The notes under the pieces: generated by a model
What the model was told of the DNA's origin: nothing
Database searches by the model: none
Seen by the model: the letters and a program-made list of their open reading frames with translations, nothing else
Position numbers and translations under genes: made by a program
Assembly (NCBI GenBank): GCA_963797095.1
Contig: CAWCNY010000002.1
Location: 672,001-736,000 of the forward strand
Length of the DNA stretch: 64,000 nucleotides
Direction: 5' to 3'
DNA from: an uncultured Chloroflexia bacterium
GTDB taxonomy: Bacteria > Chloroflexota > Chloroflexia > QHBQ01 > JADMIH01
Part shown: piece after piece, positions 29,351 through 39,018 of the stretch
How positions within the stretch are numbered: position 1 is the first letter of the stretch
How the letters are laid out: each line of letters opens with the position of its first letter

Positions 29351-29881
29351 ATGCAATTGGTAACCCGCAAAGGAGCCAGATTCGACCGCACCGCCTGTGC
29401 CTGGATCATCAGGCGCTATATAGACCCTGGCGCCGAGTTTGGCTTCCTCACCGCCGAGGAAATGCCCGCCGCCATCGAATCGGGTGCGAAAGCCTTCCAC
29501 AACTACGCCTGGACCGGCAACCGCGTCGACGTTCCAGCAGATCGCATCAACTTTCCTCGCCTCCTTGAGCTTTACGGTCTCGACAAAGACCCCGCCCTCG
29601 TCAGCTTTGGTGGGCTTGTCCGCAAAGCCGAGCGCAGTGGTCGCAACAGCGACGGCAGCGAGCAATACGGCTTGTGGGCAATCGCCAACGGCATGAGCAA
29701 ACTAGCCGGTGGCGACGATGCCGCCTTCACCGACCGCATGATGCCCGTCTACGATGCCCTCTACGCCTATTGCCAGGCCCTGGAAGCAGGCAGCACAGGC
29801 TGGGGACCTGAGTTAGCCCCACTCGTCACTCGTCACTCGTCACTCGTCCCCCAAAGAGAGTCACAAAACACACATGGATGA
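29351..29881 (+). CDS. Stand-alone ChrB C-terminal-domain protein, copy 2
   Basis: MQLVTRKGARFDRTACAWIIRRYIDPGAEFGF...GAKAFH...GLVRKAE...MPVYDALYAYCQ. AAGGAG RBS. Confidence 0.85.
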   Translation: MQLVTRKGARFDRTACAWIIRRYIDPGAEFGFLTAEEMPAAIESGAKAFHNYAWTGNRVDVPADRINFPRLLELYGLDKDPALVSFGGLVRKAERSGRNSDGSEQYGLWAIANGMSKLAGGDDAAFTDRMMPVYDALYAYCQALEAGSTGWGPELAPLVTRHSSLVPQRESQNTHG

Positions 29882-30203
29882 CGCTCCACAATACATAGCG
29901 CCTTTACTGCAAGCCGTTGCTGCCCGGCCTGAGGCCGCAACCTACTACCTGGATCTCGTCAGACTCCTCCAGGAGCACGACCGCGCCCACTCCAGCGACC
30001 TCCTCGGCACTCTCTCCCAGTACCTCTACCATGCAGGCAACGTCACCCGCGCCGCGAAGGCCCTCTACCTCCATCGTAGCACCCTTCTTCACAGGCTTGG
30101 CCGCATCACAACCCTCACTTCCCTCGACCTCTCCGACCCTTATGTGCGCCTGGCGCTCTGGGTTAGTGTGCTACTCGTAGAGAATGTTAGAAGCTCAAAG
30201 TGA
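29874..30203 (+). CDS. Stand-alone PucR/CdaR-type C-terminal HTH protein
   Basis: DLLGTLSQYLYHAGNVTRAAKALYLHRSTLLHRLGRITTLTSLDLSDP. Overlaps the ChrB-type gene by 8 nt. Confidence 0.85.
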   Translation: MDDAPQYIAPLLQAVAARPEAATYYLDLVRLLQEHDRAHSSDLLGTLSQYLYHAGNVTRAAKALYLHRSTLLHRLGRITTLTSLDLSDPYVRLALWVSVLLVENVRSSK

Positions 30204-30406
30204 TTTCCTCAAAACATTTCTTGTAGATGATCTATCAATTCAGAATAGAATTTGTTATAATTAGGCTCCGAACAGCGCGTCCTGCGACTGTTCACTGTGC
30301 CTTAACGCAGCCGCCACGAGTTGATAGTCTACTGGTTCGCTTCCCCGTGGGAGGCTCGTGATACACCGGATACTCAGCTAGGTCTTATTGTGAAAGGAGC
30401 ACGCAG

Positions 30407-31756
30407 ATGCACAGGATTCGTCCCTCTATTGCGGTGGCTGTAATGGCTCTACTAGGTGCCGTTGCACTATTCGGCGCTTTCGCCGCAGGCGCCGGCCCGC
30501 GCACCGTTGCATTATCTGACTCGGAGCTAACGGTACCGAGAGCAAACATGGGAATGGCAGCCAACTTCCAGGCATCGCCAGCCACAGGCAAAGGGAGCAC
30601 AGCCTCCCTCCCCTTCGCCAATATTCGGGTCAACCAGGACCAGGGAATAGAAGCTCAAAATGAGCCTTTCATAGCTGTCAATCCGTCCAATGCCCGCCAC
30701 ATCGTGGTAGGAGCCAACAACTGGGAAGCAGGCAATGGCCGCTTCGAAGTCACAGCCTACGTCTCCTTTGACGGAGGAGTGAGTTGGGCCACCTCCCACC
30801 CATACATCGATAGGAACGCAGGTCGCCTCAACGCCGCAGACCCCACAGTATCATTCGGGCAGGACGGAACGGTGTACTTCGGGTTCGTAGCCATGACCCC
30901 AGCCCCAGGAGCAGTGGCAGTGTCCACCTCCCATGATGGAGGGCTGAGTTGGTCCTCCCAAAGTTGGGCCACCCCCTTCACCACCCAGGCGGACAAGCCG
31001 GCCATAGCAGAGGCAGCGGGCAAGCTGTACGTCTTCTACCAGAACACCTCCCTGATGAGCACAGTATCCTCAAACGGAGGAGCAAGCTGGTCAGCAGCCT
31101 CCACGATAGAGGCAGGAGGGAAGAACGCAGCCCCAGTAGTGGACAGCCACGGCAACGTATATGTCTTCTACAACACCCCCACCGCCATCAGGGTAGCCCG
31201 CCCAGGAATGGGAAGGATAGTGACCGTGTCGGACGCAGTAGCGCTGCAATCGAGGCCGGTGCAGTACCGAGCGGGAGTATACCCGACAGCGGGAGTAGAC
31301 GGGCATGGAGTGCTGTACGTAGCATGGGCAGATGGTAGGAACATCAGCACAGGCAACGACATCATGGTCTCACGGTCAACCAACGGGACGAGTTGGAGTG
31401 GAGCCGAGAGAGTGAACACAGACGCAGGGTATGCAGACCAGTTGATGCCGGCGCTAAGTGTAGGGAGAGACGGGGCAGTATCGATAGCATGGTTAGACAC
31501 TCGGAATGACCCGTCAAGAGTGAACTACGACGTGTACATGGCCCGCTCAGAAGATGGAGCAAGCTGGAGTGGGGCAAACAGCAGGGTAAGTGCGGTGTCA
31601 TCGAACCCGAACAACGACCCGAGGATGCAAGGGCAGCTAATCGGGGACTACTTCGCACTAGGAGCGGGAGATGGAGGAGTGTACGTGGTATGGACAGACA
31701 CTCGGAATGCCAACGAGGACATCTACCTCGCTCCTGTCCCTACCTCTAACAACTAG
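30407..31756 (+). CDS. Secreted BNR/Asp-box (sialidase-like) beta-propeller protein
   Basis: Signal peptide, QNEPFIAVNPSN, repeated SxDGGxSW Asp-boxes, IGDY. Confidence 0.85.
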   Translation: MHRIRPSIAVAVMALLGAVALFGAFAAGAGPRTVALSDSELTVPRANMGMAANFQASPATGKGSTASLPFANIRVNQDQGIEAQNEPFIAVNPSNARHIVVGANNWEAGNGRFEVTAYVSFDGGVSWATSHPYIDRNAGRLNAADPTVSFGQDGTVYFGFVAMTPAPGAVAVSTSHDGGLSWSSQSWATPFTTQADKPAIAEAAGKLYVFYQNTSLMSTVSSNGGASWSAASTIEAGGKNAAPVVDSHGNVYVFYNTPTAIRVARPGMGRIVTVSDAVALQSRPVQYRAGVYPTAGVDGHGVLYVAWADGRNISTGNDIMVSRSTNGTSWSGAERVNTDAGYADQLMPALSVGRDGAVSIAWLDTRNDPSRVNYDVYMARSEDGASWSGANSRVSAVSSNPNNDPRMQGQLIGDYFALGAGDGGVYVVWTDTRNANEDIYLAPVPTSNN

Positions 31757-31935
31757 ACACCCAGCGACCCAAGCGTTCACGGTGGAAGGTCGTGTGTTCG
31801 AGTGAGCGGTAAGCAAGCGACTTGAGCACACACCCACCTACCGGCACATTGGGATTGCCGGCCATGAGAGCGGTCCTGCTTGGCGGGATCGCTCTTACTT
31901 TGTTAATATAGACCCGAAAGGCGCTACGCATCGGC

Positions 31936-34233
31936 ATGGAGAAAAGCAATCACCGCACAAGCAAAGCAGCCCGTCCCCTGGCCTTCGCACTGATCCTCGC
32001 CACCCTGGCGGTTGCCGCGTTGGCTATTACCTCCGGTGCAGAATCAAGCGTCGGGGCCTCCCCTCACACTCCCGCCATCGTGGGCGTTCCCACCTGGGGT
32101 GCCGATATTGTCGTCAACCCAACCCCACGGCAAACTCCATCCGGCATGCGCAACTCCGACGTAGCAATCAACCCCACCGATCCCAACAACCTGGTAGCCG
32201 CTTTCGAAAACTCCAGCTACGTTGTCCTGGAAACCGATCATGCCTGGAGCACCGATGCCGGGCGTACCTGGCGCACAGGCGCTCTCACCAACTCCTGGGG
32301 CTTGCCCGACTACGGTCCATTCGGCGATGTCAACGTGGCCTTCGATGCATACGGTACCTCCTATCTCTCCACCCTCGCCCTTTCTACTACCACCTCCCTG
32401 CTGGCCGTAGTTACCTCCACCAACGGCATGTCGTGGAGTCAGCCCAGCATAGCGGCAACCTCCTTCTACACAGAGTATCGCTCCTATACAGACCTGTCCG
32501 TAGATCAGCGTACCACCGGTCCATACGCGGGCAGCGTCTATCTCTTCTACTTCTACAGCAATGTGGCACTGGAGCCTTATTGGCGCGGCATCTGGCTGCG
32601 CTATTCGCGTGATAGTGCTAAGACCTGGAACGGCGCAGACGTTCAGGTCTCCGATACCGGCCACTACTCATCCACCTTCCCAACTTCGGCGGTCGCTCCC
32701 GACGGCACCGTCTACGCCGCCTGGGAGTTCCTCCCCGATGGCTACGTCTTCAACCCGCATGAGCTTTATCTGGATCGTAGCACCGACGGCGGCCAGACGT
32801 GGGGTGTGGATCGCCTCATCACCGGCGCACCCATTCAAAATGCAGGCGGGCGTGACTTCGAGCAGAGAGAACTGGCCCTTACTGTGAAAACCGCTTGCAC
32901 AGGCATATCCCTGCTGCGCCTTTACCATCGCCCATCTATTGCCCTCTCCCCATTCGATTCCAATACCGTTTACGTCGCCTGGACCGATGGCCGTTGGGAT
33001 ACCACCGATTTCGTCTGCGACCGAGATTTCAGGCATTCCGATGTAGCCTTCAGCAAGACCACCGACGGCGGCCTCACATGGTCTGCGCCAATCCGCATAA
33101 ACGATGACCCAATCGCAAACGGTATCGATCAATTTCTACCAACCCTGGCCGTATCCGCTGATGGCACTATCGGCGCTACCTGGTACGATAGGCGCGACGA
33201 CCCGCACAACAGTAACGCAATGTACGACCTGATGTACTCTCAATCTACCGATGGCGGCCTTACCTGGAGCCCCAACCGGCGGGTGAGTGATACCACCAGC
33301 GATCCGGACAATGTCCAGGATGTCAAATCAATAGACGAACTGGGCTCTCGCAAATCCCTTGTGTTCGGCCCCGACTACGTTATAGCCACCTGGCTCGACA
33401 CCAGGCTCGGCCAGCACCAGGGCGATCTCTTCCTTGATAGAGGCACATTCCCACTCATCACGCCGAGTCCCATCTCGATCCCCACTGACACCCCAACACC
33501 CACCGCCACTGTTGTGCCCACTAATACAAGCACATCCATACCAACTCTCACATCCACTCCCCTATCCATCCCCACCTCCACCTCCACCTCTACCGTCACT
33601 CCCACTATATGCTCCATCCAGTTCTCAGACGTGGCCGAGGGCAACACCTTTTATCCCTACATCCACTGCCTGGCCTGCCAGGGCATAATCAACGGCTATC
33701 CCGACGGCACCTTCCGCCCAGCCAACGCCGTCACCAGGGGCCAGCTTGCCAAAATAGTAGCTAACGCCGCCAACCTGTTTGATCCTCCCGGTTCCCAACT
33801 CTTCCAGGATGTGCCCCCAGGCTCAACCTTCTACGACTATATCCAGCGCCTGGCTAACCAGGGTTACATCTCAGGCTACCCATGCGGCAACCCTGAGCCG
33901 TGCGTATCCCCTGCCAACCTCCCTTACTTCCACCCCGCTACCCCTGTTTCGCGCGGCCAGATCACCAAAATAGTAGCCAACGCCGCCAACCTGTTTGATC
34001 CTCCCGGTTCCCAACTCTTCCAGGATGTGCCCCCAGGCTCAACCTTCTACGACTACATCCAGCGCCTGGCTAACCATGATGTGATGAGCGGTTACCCATG
34101 CGGCAACCCTGAGCCATGCGTCCCTCCCTCCAACCTACCCTATTTCCGCCCCAACGCGGGGGCCACCAGGGGTCAGGTCTCCAAGATCGTGTCCAACACC
34201 TTCTTCTCCGATTGCAATCCCCAGGCCCCCTAA
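31936..34233 (+). CDS. Secreted BNR/Asp-box protein with Pro/Thr linker and three SLH domains
   Basis: STDAGRTW, STDGGQTW and STDGGLTW boxes. FSDVAEGNTFYPYIHCLACQGIINGYPDGTFRPANAVTRGQ-type SLH repeats. Confidence 0.9.
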   Translation: MEKSNHRTSKAARPLAFALILATLAVAALAITSGAESSVGASPHTPAIVGVPTWGADIVVNPTPRQTPSGMRNSDVAINPTDPNNLVAAFENSSYVVLETDHAWSTDAGRTWRTGALTNSWGLPDYGPFGDVNVAFDAYGTSYLSTLALSTTTSLLAVVTSTNGMSWSQPSIAATSFYTEYRSYTDLSVDQRTTGPYAGSVYLFYFYSNVALEPYWRGIWLRYSRDSAKTWNGADVQVSDTGHYSSTFPTSAVAPDGTVYAAWEFLPDGYVFNPHELYLDRSTDGGQTWGVDRLITGAPIQNAGGRDFEQRELALTVKTACTGISLLRLYHRPSIALSPFDSNTVYVAWTDGRWDTTDFVCDRDFRHSDVAFSKTTDGGLTWSAPIRINDDPIANGIDQFLPTLAVSADGTIGATWYDRRDDPHNSNAMYDLMYSQSTDGGLTWSPNRRVSDTTSDPDNVQDVKSIDELGSRKSLVFGPDYVIATWLDTRLGQHQGDLFLDRGTFPLITPSPISIPTDTPTPTATVVPTNTSTSIPTLTSTPLSIPTSTSTSTVTPTICSIQFSDVAEGNTFYPYIHCLACQGIINGYPDGTFRPANAVTRGQLAKIVANAANLFDPPGSQLFQDVPPGSTFYDYIQRLANQGYISGYPCGNPEPCVSPANLPYFHPATPVSRGQITKIVANAANLFDPPGSQLFQDVPPGSTFYDYIQRLANHDVMSGYPCGNPEPCVPPSNLPYFRPNAGATRGQVSKIVSNTFFSDCNPQAP

Positions 34234-34382
34234 CACTCCTTCATAGAAATTACTTTCATCAAAAGAATATTTTTCCTACAGAATGACCTTACCTTTGGGC
34301 ACAGTTACTGCTACACTTAAGCTTGACGTACCACGGGCAAACCTGACTATATTGCTCACAGCCTACATAGGAGGCATATAAA

Positions 34383-34592
34383 ATGAACGCAACTCTCACC
34401 GATACCACCGGCCAGGCACTCGCCAACACCGCGCAGCAGCTTGATCAGTTGATCCACCAGGTTCGCAGCCAGATCGCCAACGTCCGCGAACCCAAAGCAC
34501 AGGCCCTCTTCGAGACCACAGCCGAAGTACTTATCGGCCTCAAGAAAGCCTACACCGACTACAAGACCGGCGGCGAAGACGCCTGGAAGTAA
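34383..34592 (+). CDS. Small conserved helical hypothetical protein
   Basis: AGGAGG RBS. EPKAQALFETTAEVLIGLKKAYTDY...EDAW looks like a conserved small-protein motif. Confidence 0.75.
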   Translation: MNATLTDTTGQALANTAQQLDQLIHQVRSQIANVREPKAQALFETTAEVLIGLKKAYTDYKTGGEDAWK

Positions 34593-34685
34593 GCAACCTG
34601 ATATGTCTGCATGACATATCAGATTCCCAACAAGAACATGAAACATCCAGAATTTTAGATTCAGCTTCGCAAACGTGCAATCTGG

Positions 34686-34775
34686 TTCTAAAATAGCCAA
34701 AATGGCGGCGAAGCCGCCATTTTGGCTATTTTAGAATGCCCCTCCCCGAAATTTCGGGGAGGGGTTGGGGTGGGG
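34686..34775. repeat. Two adjacent long palindromes (REP-like or bidirectional terminator)
   Basis: 24-bp perfect stem with GAA loop (34686-34736), then the perfect 26-bp palindrome CCCCTCCCCGAAATTTCGGGGAGGGG (34739-34764) and TTGGGGTGGGG. Confidence 0.8.
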
Positions 34776-34873
34776 TCGTTGGGCGTTTCCAATCTATTTT
34801 GCGCACGAATCGAAAATTCGAGATGTCTTATGACTTATTTACTACCTCTTTTCCTAACTGGTGAGCCAAACAC

Positions 34874-37270
34874 TCACAAAATCTGGTGCACTCCCGCAAA
34901 CCGAGTTGCCTGGTTGCGCGAGGTAACTCCTAGCTTGCTGTAAATAGACCGCAAATGCGCATGCACAGTGTGGAAACTGAGCGTAAGGTGCTCCGCTATC
35001 TCCGCATATGTTAGCCCGGCGACTAGCAGCCGCAACACCTCAAGCTCCCTGTCCGTCAGATCATAGGGATTCTGCGTAGAGATTTGCGCCTCCGCTCCTG
35101 CGACCTGTGGAAGCTCTTCCACCGCCAGGGCGTATGCGCTGTCGAGCGACATTGCCCTGCCCTCTGCCCAGGCCGCCTTCCATCCGTCCGCATCCATTTG
35201 TGCCGCCCCACGCTCCAAATCCCGCTCGTAAGCCAGGCGCTGGCTCTCGTACATGGTAGCCCCGGTCTGCTCGCGTAGTGCCTCGGCTGCCCCGAACAAC
35301 CGCGCTGCCCTCTCAGGCTGCCCCACAGCCGCCCACACCCCCGCCAGGTCAGCCAGGTCCACCGAAACCCCCGGCTTATCGCCCAACTCCCCTGTCAAAA
35401 TAAGGCTTTCGGTCAGCAGCTTGTGCGCGCCCGCATCGTCCCCTTGATGGTGCTTCATTTGGCCGAGATTGTGCAGCGCTGCCGTCAGGTAATACTTGTC
35501 CTGCAACTCGCGCCCGATATCCAGGCACTCCTCATACGCCCTGGCTGCTCGTTCAAAATCCCCCTGGTATCGCAACGCCAGGCCCAGGTTGTTAAGCGCC
35601 TGTGCGGTACCTCGCTTATCCTCCATCACCCTCCACTCGGCCAGGTTTCTCTCAAAATAACCTTGTGCCAGCACAAAATCGCTCCTGTATATCGCCACCA
35701 ACCCCAGGCTGTTGAGAGCGTACATCTCACCCCTTATATCCCCCAGCGTGCCCCATAGCGCAAGACTCTCCTCCAATATGGCTTCTGCATGTGCGTAATC
35801 GCCCTGCCGCAGGGCAAGCCTCCCAGCCCCGTTCAATGCTTCCGCCCTCAATGCTGCCGGTAAAGTGTCTTTGTTTGCCAGTATGGCATCCAGCCAATGT
35901 TGGCCTTCGCCCAGGTGGCCGCGCAATAGCCAGAATCTCCACAGCGCCACGGCCATCCGCGCCCCGATCTCAGGTTCACTCTCCACAGTCCACGCCAGCG
36001 CTGCCCGCAGATTATCGTGCTCCTCCTCCAATCGTGTCAGCCATATCTGCTGGTCGGGGCCTGCCATCCCCCTCTCTGCTTCCTCCGCCAGGGCCATATA
36101 ATACCGCGCGTGCGCCCGCCGCGTGTTCCCCACCTCGCCGCTCGCGGCCAACTGCTCCACGGCGTACTCCCTGATCGTCTCCAGCATATAGAGCCTGCTT
36201 TGTACAACCTTCGTATCCTCTTGCCTCAACAAACTCTTGTCCACCAGCGAAGCCAGTGCTTCCAGCAGACCTGTTTCGTCCGCTCCCGCCTCACCCACCG
36301 GGTTACATACCGCAGCTACACCCTCGAGAGTGCAACCCCCGATGAAAACGGACAGCCGCCGGAACAATTGCTGCTCGTCCCGCTCAAGCAAATCGTAGCT
36401 CCACCCTATGGCGTCGCGCAATGTCTGGTGCCGGGCGGGCGCATCTCTCGTGCCGCTTGTCAGCCACGGCAACCTGCGCTCTAACCGTGCCAGCATCGCT
36501 ACCGGCGAAAGCAAGCGAATGCGCGATGCCGCCAACTCAATAGCGAGCGGCAGCCCGTCCAGGTGATGGCAAATAGCGGCCACTTCTGCAGCGTTTGCCT
36601 GGGTTAGCATGAAATCGGGCTGTGCTGCCTGTGCCCTGGTTACAAACAGGCGCACCGCCTCTACCCGCGCCAGAAATTCGAGCGGTGGGAGATGTTGCAG
36701 ATCAGGCAGCGTCATGGGTGGAACCGGATAACCCTGCTCCCCCGACAGACGAAGCACCTCGCGACTCGTTACCAACACCTTGAGCCTGACGCACGCGCTC
36801 AATAGTGCCGCCACACCCGCAGCCGCGTCAATCACCTGCTCGAAATTGTCCAGCACCAGCAATACCTTCCGGTGGTCGATCAAATCTTGCAGGCGATCCA
36901 GCATAGCAGGCTGCCCGCCAAGTTTACTCGCCTCGCGCAGCCCCATCGCCTGGCCGATTGCAGGCAATACCAGGCTCGCATCGCTTAGCCCTGCCAGCGA
37001 TACGCAACACACCCCTTCCGGAAATTCGTTGCGCACCGCATCGGCCACCGCCAGCGCCAGCCTGGTCTTCCCTATTCCTCCGGGCCCGGTAAGCGTTAGC
37101 AGGCGCACCCCCGCCCGCCCAAGCAGCGCGCACACCTCCGCCACCTCCCTTTCCCGCCCGATAAATGGGGTTGGCGGCGTGGGCAAGCGCAAAGTGGGTG
37201 GCGCAGGTGTGGCGTCAAGCGTTTCGGCAGGGGTGTTGCTTGCGTCCTGGGTGGGGGTCTCGCCGTCCAT
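34874..37270 (-). CDS. LuxR-family regulator with NB-ARC-type ATPase and TPR repeats
   Basis: FIGRERE, GPGGIGKTRLA, LLVLDNFEQ, LDGLPLAIELAA, TPRs, LTDRELEVLRLLVAGLTYAEIA. Confidence 0.93.
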   Translation of the reverse strand: MDGETPTQDASNTPAETLDATPAPPTLRLPTPPTPFIGREREVAEVCALLGRAGVRLLTLTGPGGIGKTRLALAVADAVRNEFPEGVCCVSLAGLSDASLVLPAIGQAMGLREASKLGGQPAMLDRLQDLIDHRKVLLVLDNFEQVIDAAAGVAALLSACVRLKVLVTSREVLRLSGEQGYPVPPMTLPDLQHLPPLEFLARVEAVRLFVTRAQAAQPDFMLTQANAAEVAAICHHLDGLPLAIELAASRIRLLSPVAMLARLERRLPWLTSGTRDAPARHQTLRDAIGWSYDLLERDEQQLFRRLSVFIGGCTLEGVAAVCNPVGEAGADETGLLEALASLVDKSLLRQEDTKVVQSRLYMLETIREYAVEQLAASGEVGNTRRAHARYYMALAEEAERGMAGPDQQIWLTRLEEEHDNLRAALAWTVESEPEIGARMAVALWRFWLLRGHLGEGQHWLDAILANKDTLPAALRAEALNGAGRLALRQGDYAHAEAILEESLALWGTLGDIRGEMYALNSLGLVAIYRSDFVLAQGYFERNLAEWRVMEDKRGTAQALNNLGLALRYQGDFERAARAYEECLDIGRELQDKYYLTAALHNLGQMKHHQGDDAGAHKLLTESLILTGELGDKPGVSVDLADLAGVWAAVGQPERAARLFGAAEALREQTGATMYESQRLAYERDLERGAAQMDADGWKAAWAEGRAMSLDSAYALAVEELPQVAGAEAQISTQNPYDLTDRELEVLRLLVAGLTYAEIAEHLTLSFHTVHAHLRSIYSKLGVTSRNQATRFAGVHQIL

Positions 37271-37530
37271 GTTGCGAATTACTATCTGTCATCTACGCCA
37301 TCTACCGCAATCGATCATTCCGCTCATCTCATGGCCCTGGGCTACCCGCTGACCTCTCCGGCAGACGAACTTTACGCACTCATGGGCAGTATATCATACA
37401 TAGGGCGTCCCCGAGGCGTCCCCTATTCAGGCGGGATGCCTATGAGCCTAAAATCTGATTCTGAAATAGACAAAGTGCCCGGTGCAGCCGAACACTTTGT
37501 CTATCTTAGAGAGCACTTTACCTGTATTGG

Positions 37531-37867
37531 CTATTGATTGCGCATCCTCGGATCGAGTGCGTCCCGGAACGCATCTCCTATCAGGTTCCACCCAAGCACG
37601 AACAATAGCAAAGCCGTGCCAGGAAATACTACTATATACCAGTATGTAGATAGATTAGGTATCCAGTTGCGCGCAAAACTGACCAACTGCCCCCAGTCGG
37701 CATAGCCCGCCCCCGGCCCAAGCCCCAGGCGTGCGCGGCGGGCTGCTCACGTACAGCGCGGCCCGCTCCACCGGGTCGAGCGATTGCAACATGGAGAACA
37801 CAAGCACGCTCAGCCCGAACAGCCTGATCGGTAATATCGACAGGCGGCGCAAGATATACATTCCCAT
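37531..37867 (-). pseudogene. Deletion fusion of peptide ABC permease genes (DppB N-terminus and DppC C-terminus)
   Basis: MGMYILRRL...SPPRTPGA joined out of frame to GYADWGQLVSFARNW...FPGTALLLFVLGWNLIGDAFRDALDPRMR*. Confidence 0.8.
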
Positions 37868-37953
37868 AGAACTTCCCCTTTTGGGCCCCCATTTTTACGC
37901 TATGGACGGTGGACGATGGCGTTGTCGGCCATCGTCCATCATCTATCGTCTTA

Positions 37954-38327
37954 CTACTGGCTCTTTGACAGAGAGTAGAGGTATATACCCGAATAACCGG
38001 GATTGTAGTAATAACCCTTCACCCAGGACTGCTCGTAGTGGCGGCCCTGAGGCTGCGTCAGGAAGATATCGAGTGCATTCTCATAAGCGATGTTCTGCAC
38101 CTGCTTGTACAGGTCAGTACGCTCGTTATCGTCCGTGCTCGAAACTGCCTTCACGATCAGGTCGTCAATCTGCTTTTGCAGGTCGGCAGGGAAGTTTTGC
38201 GCAGACGAGTACGCTCCACTGCTCGACATATACGGCTGCACCCAGTTATGCGGGTCGCTGAAGTCTTGCTGCCAGCCAAGCATAAAGAGGCCCAGTGTGC
38301 CGTTGGTCGTCTCGTCCAGGAACGAAG
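37954..38327 (-). pseudogene. Peptide ABC substrate-binding protein (family 5), C-terminal fragment only
   Basis: FMLGWQQDFSDPHNW...IDDLIVKA...ERTDLYKQVQ...WVKGYYYNP. The 5' part is replaced by foreign sequence at ~38328. Confidence 0.8.
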
Positions 38328-39018
38328 TGTCACTTTGAATTTTGAGTGTCCCGTGCGATACGAGGTCGCTTCGTATGAGTGGTTGAATGTCAAAACCAAT
38401 CAACCCAGGCTAGTGTCCAAAGCCTGTTCCCAATCCTCACGTGCGTCATGATAACATGAGGTGCGAAGCTGGGGATAACGCCTAAGCCGACGGCCAGCCA
38501 ACGGTACAGAGCGGGCTAGGGAAAACCTGGACGGATGAACGCGAGTGAACCCTTGATGAGGCTTCGTTACAAATAGTCGCCGGATGTTGGCTAACAAAGA
38601 CGGCGATGCTGGGTCAAGAGGCAGGCGTCGGGACATGTCTGCTAAAGGTCAGGGAAGCGTGCAATTCTCTGACTGGGACACCAGACCCCGGAGTAAAGAG
38701 GGCATCCAACCCAGGTGTATCTCATCGATGCGGAACGTAGTAACCCCAATGAAGTCTGGCCTGGTGTGCAACTACCAAGTTGCAAACCGGACCAGTAAGC
38801 CAACCGCAAGGAAGGCCCAATGCTTCAGTGGGATAAGGATGGTCTAAGAAGCGAATGCCAGCAGCCGAAAGGCAAGGGAAATTCATAACCCGCTGGATAG
38901 GGCCGCTCACTGCACTGAGACACAGGAGCGGGAATACCCAACCTGAAAGGGTGCTGACGTAGACCGGGTGAACCTCCTAAAGAACCGCGTGATGATTGCT
39001 AATCGAGGGAAATGTTAG

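Noticed and set aside
34325-34375. GGGCAAACC as a c-di-GMP-I riboswitch
   Set aside because: The GNRA stem, GCAAAGC segment and P2/P3 pairing are not evident, and there is too little room before the RBS.
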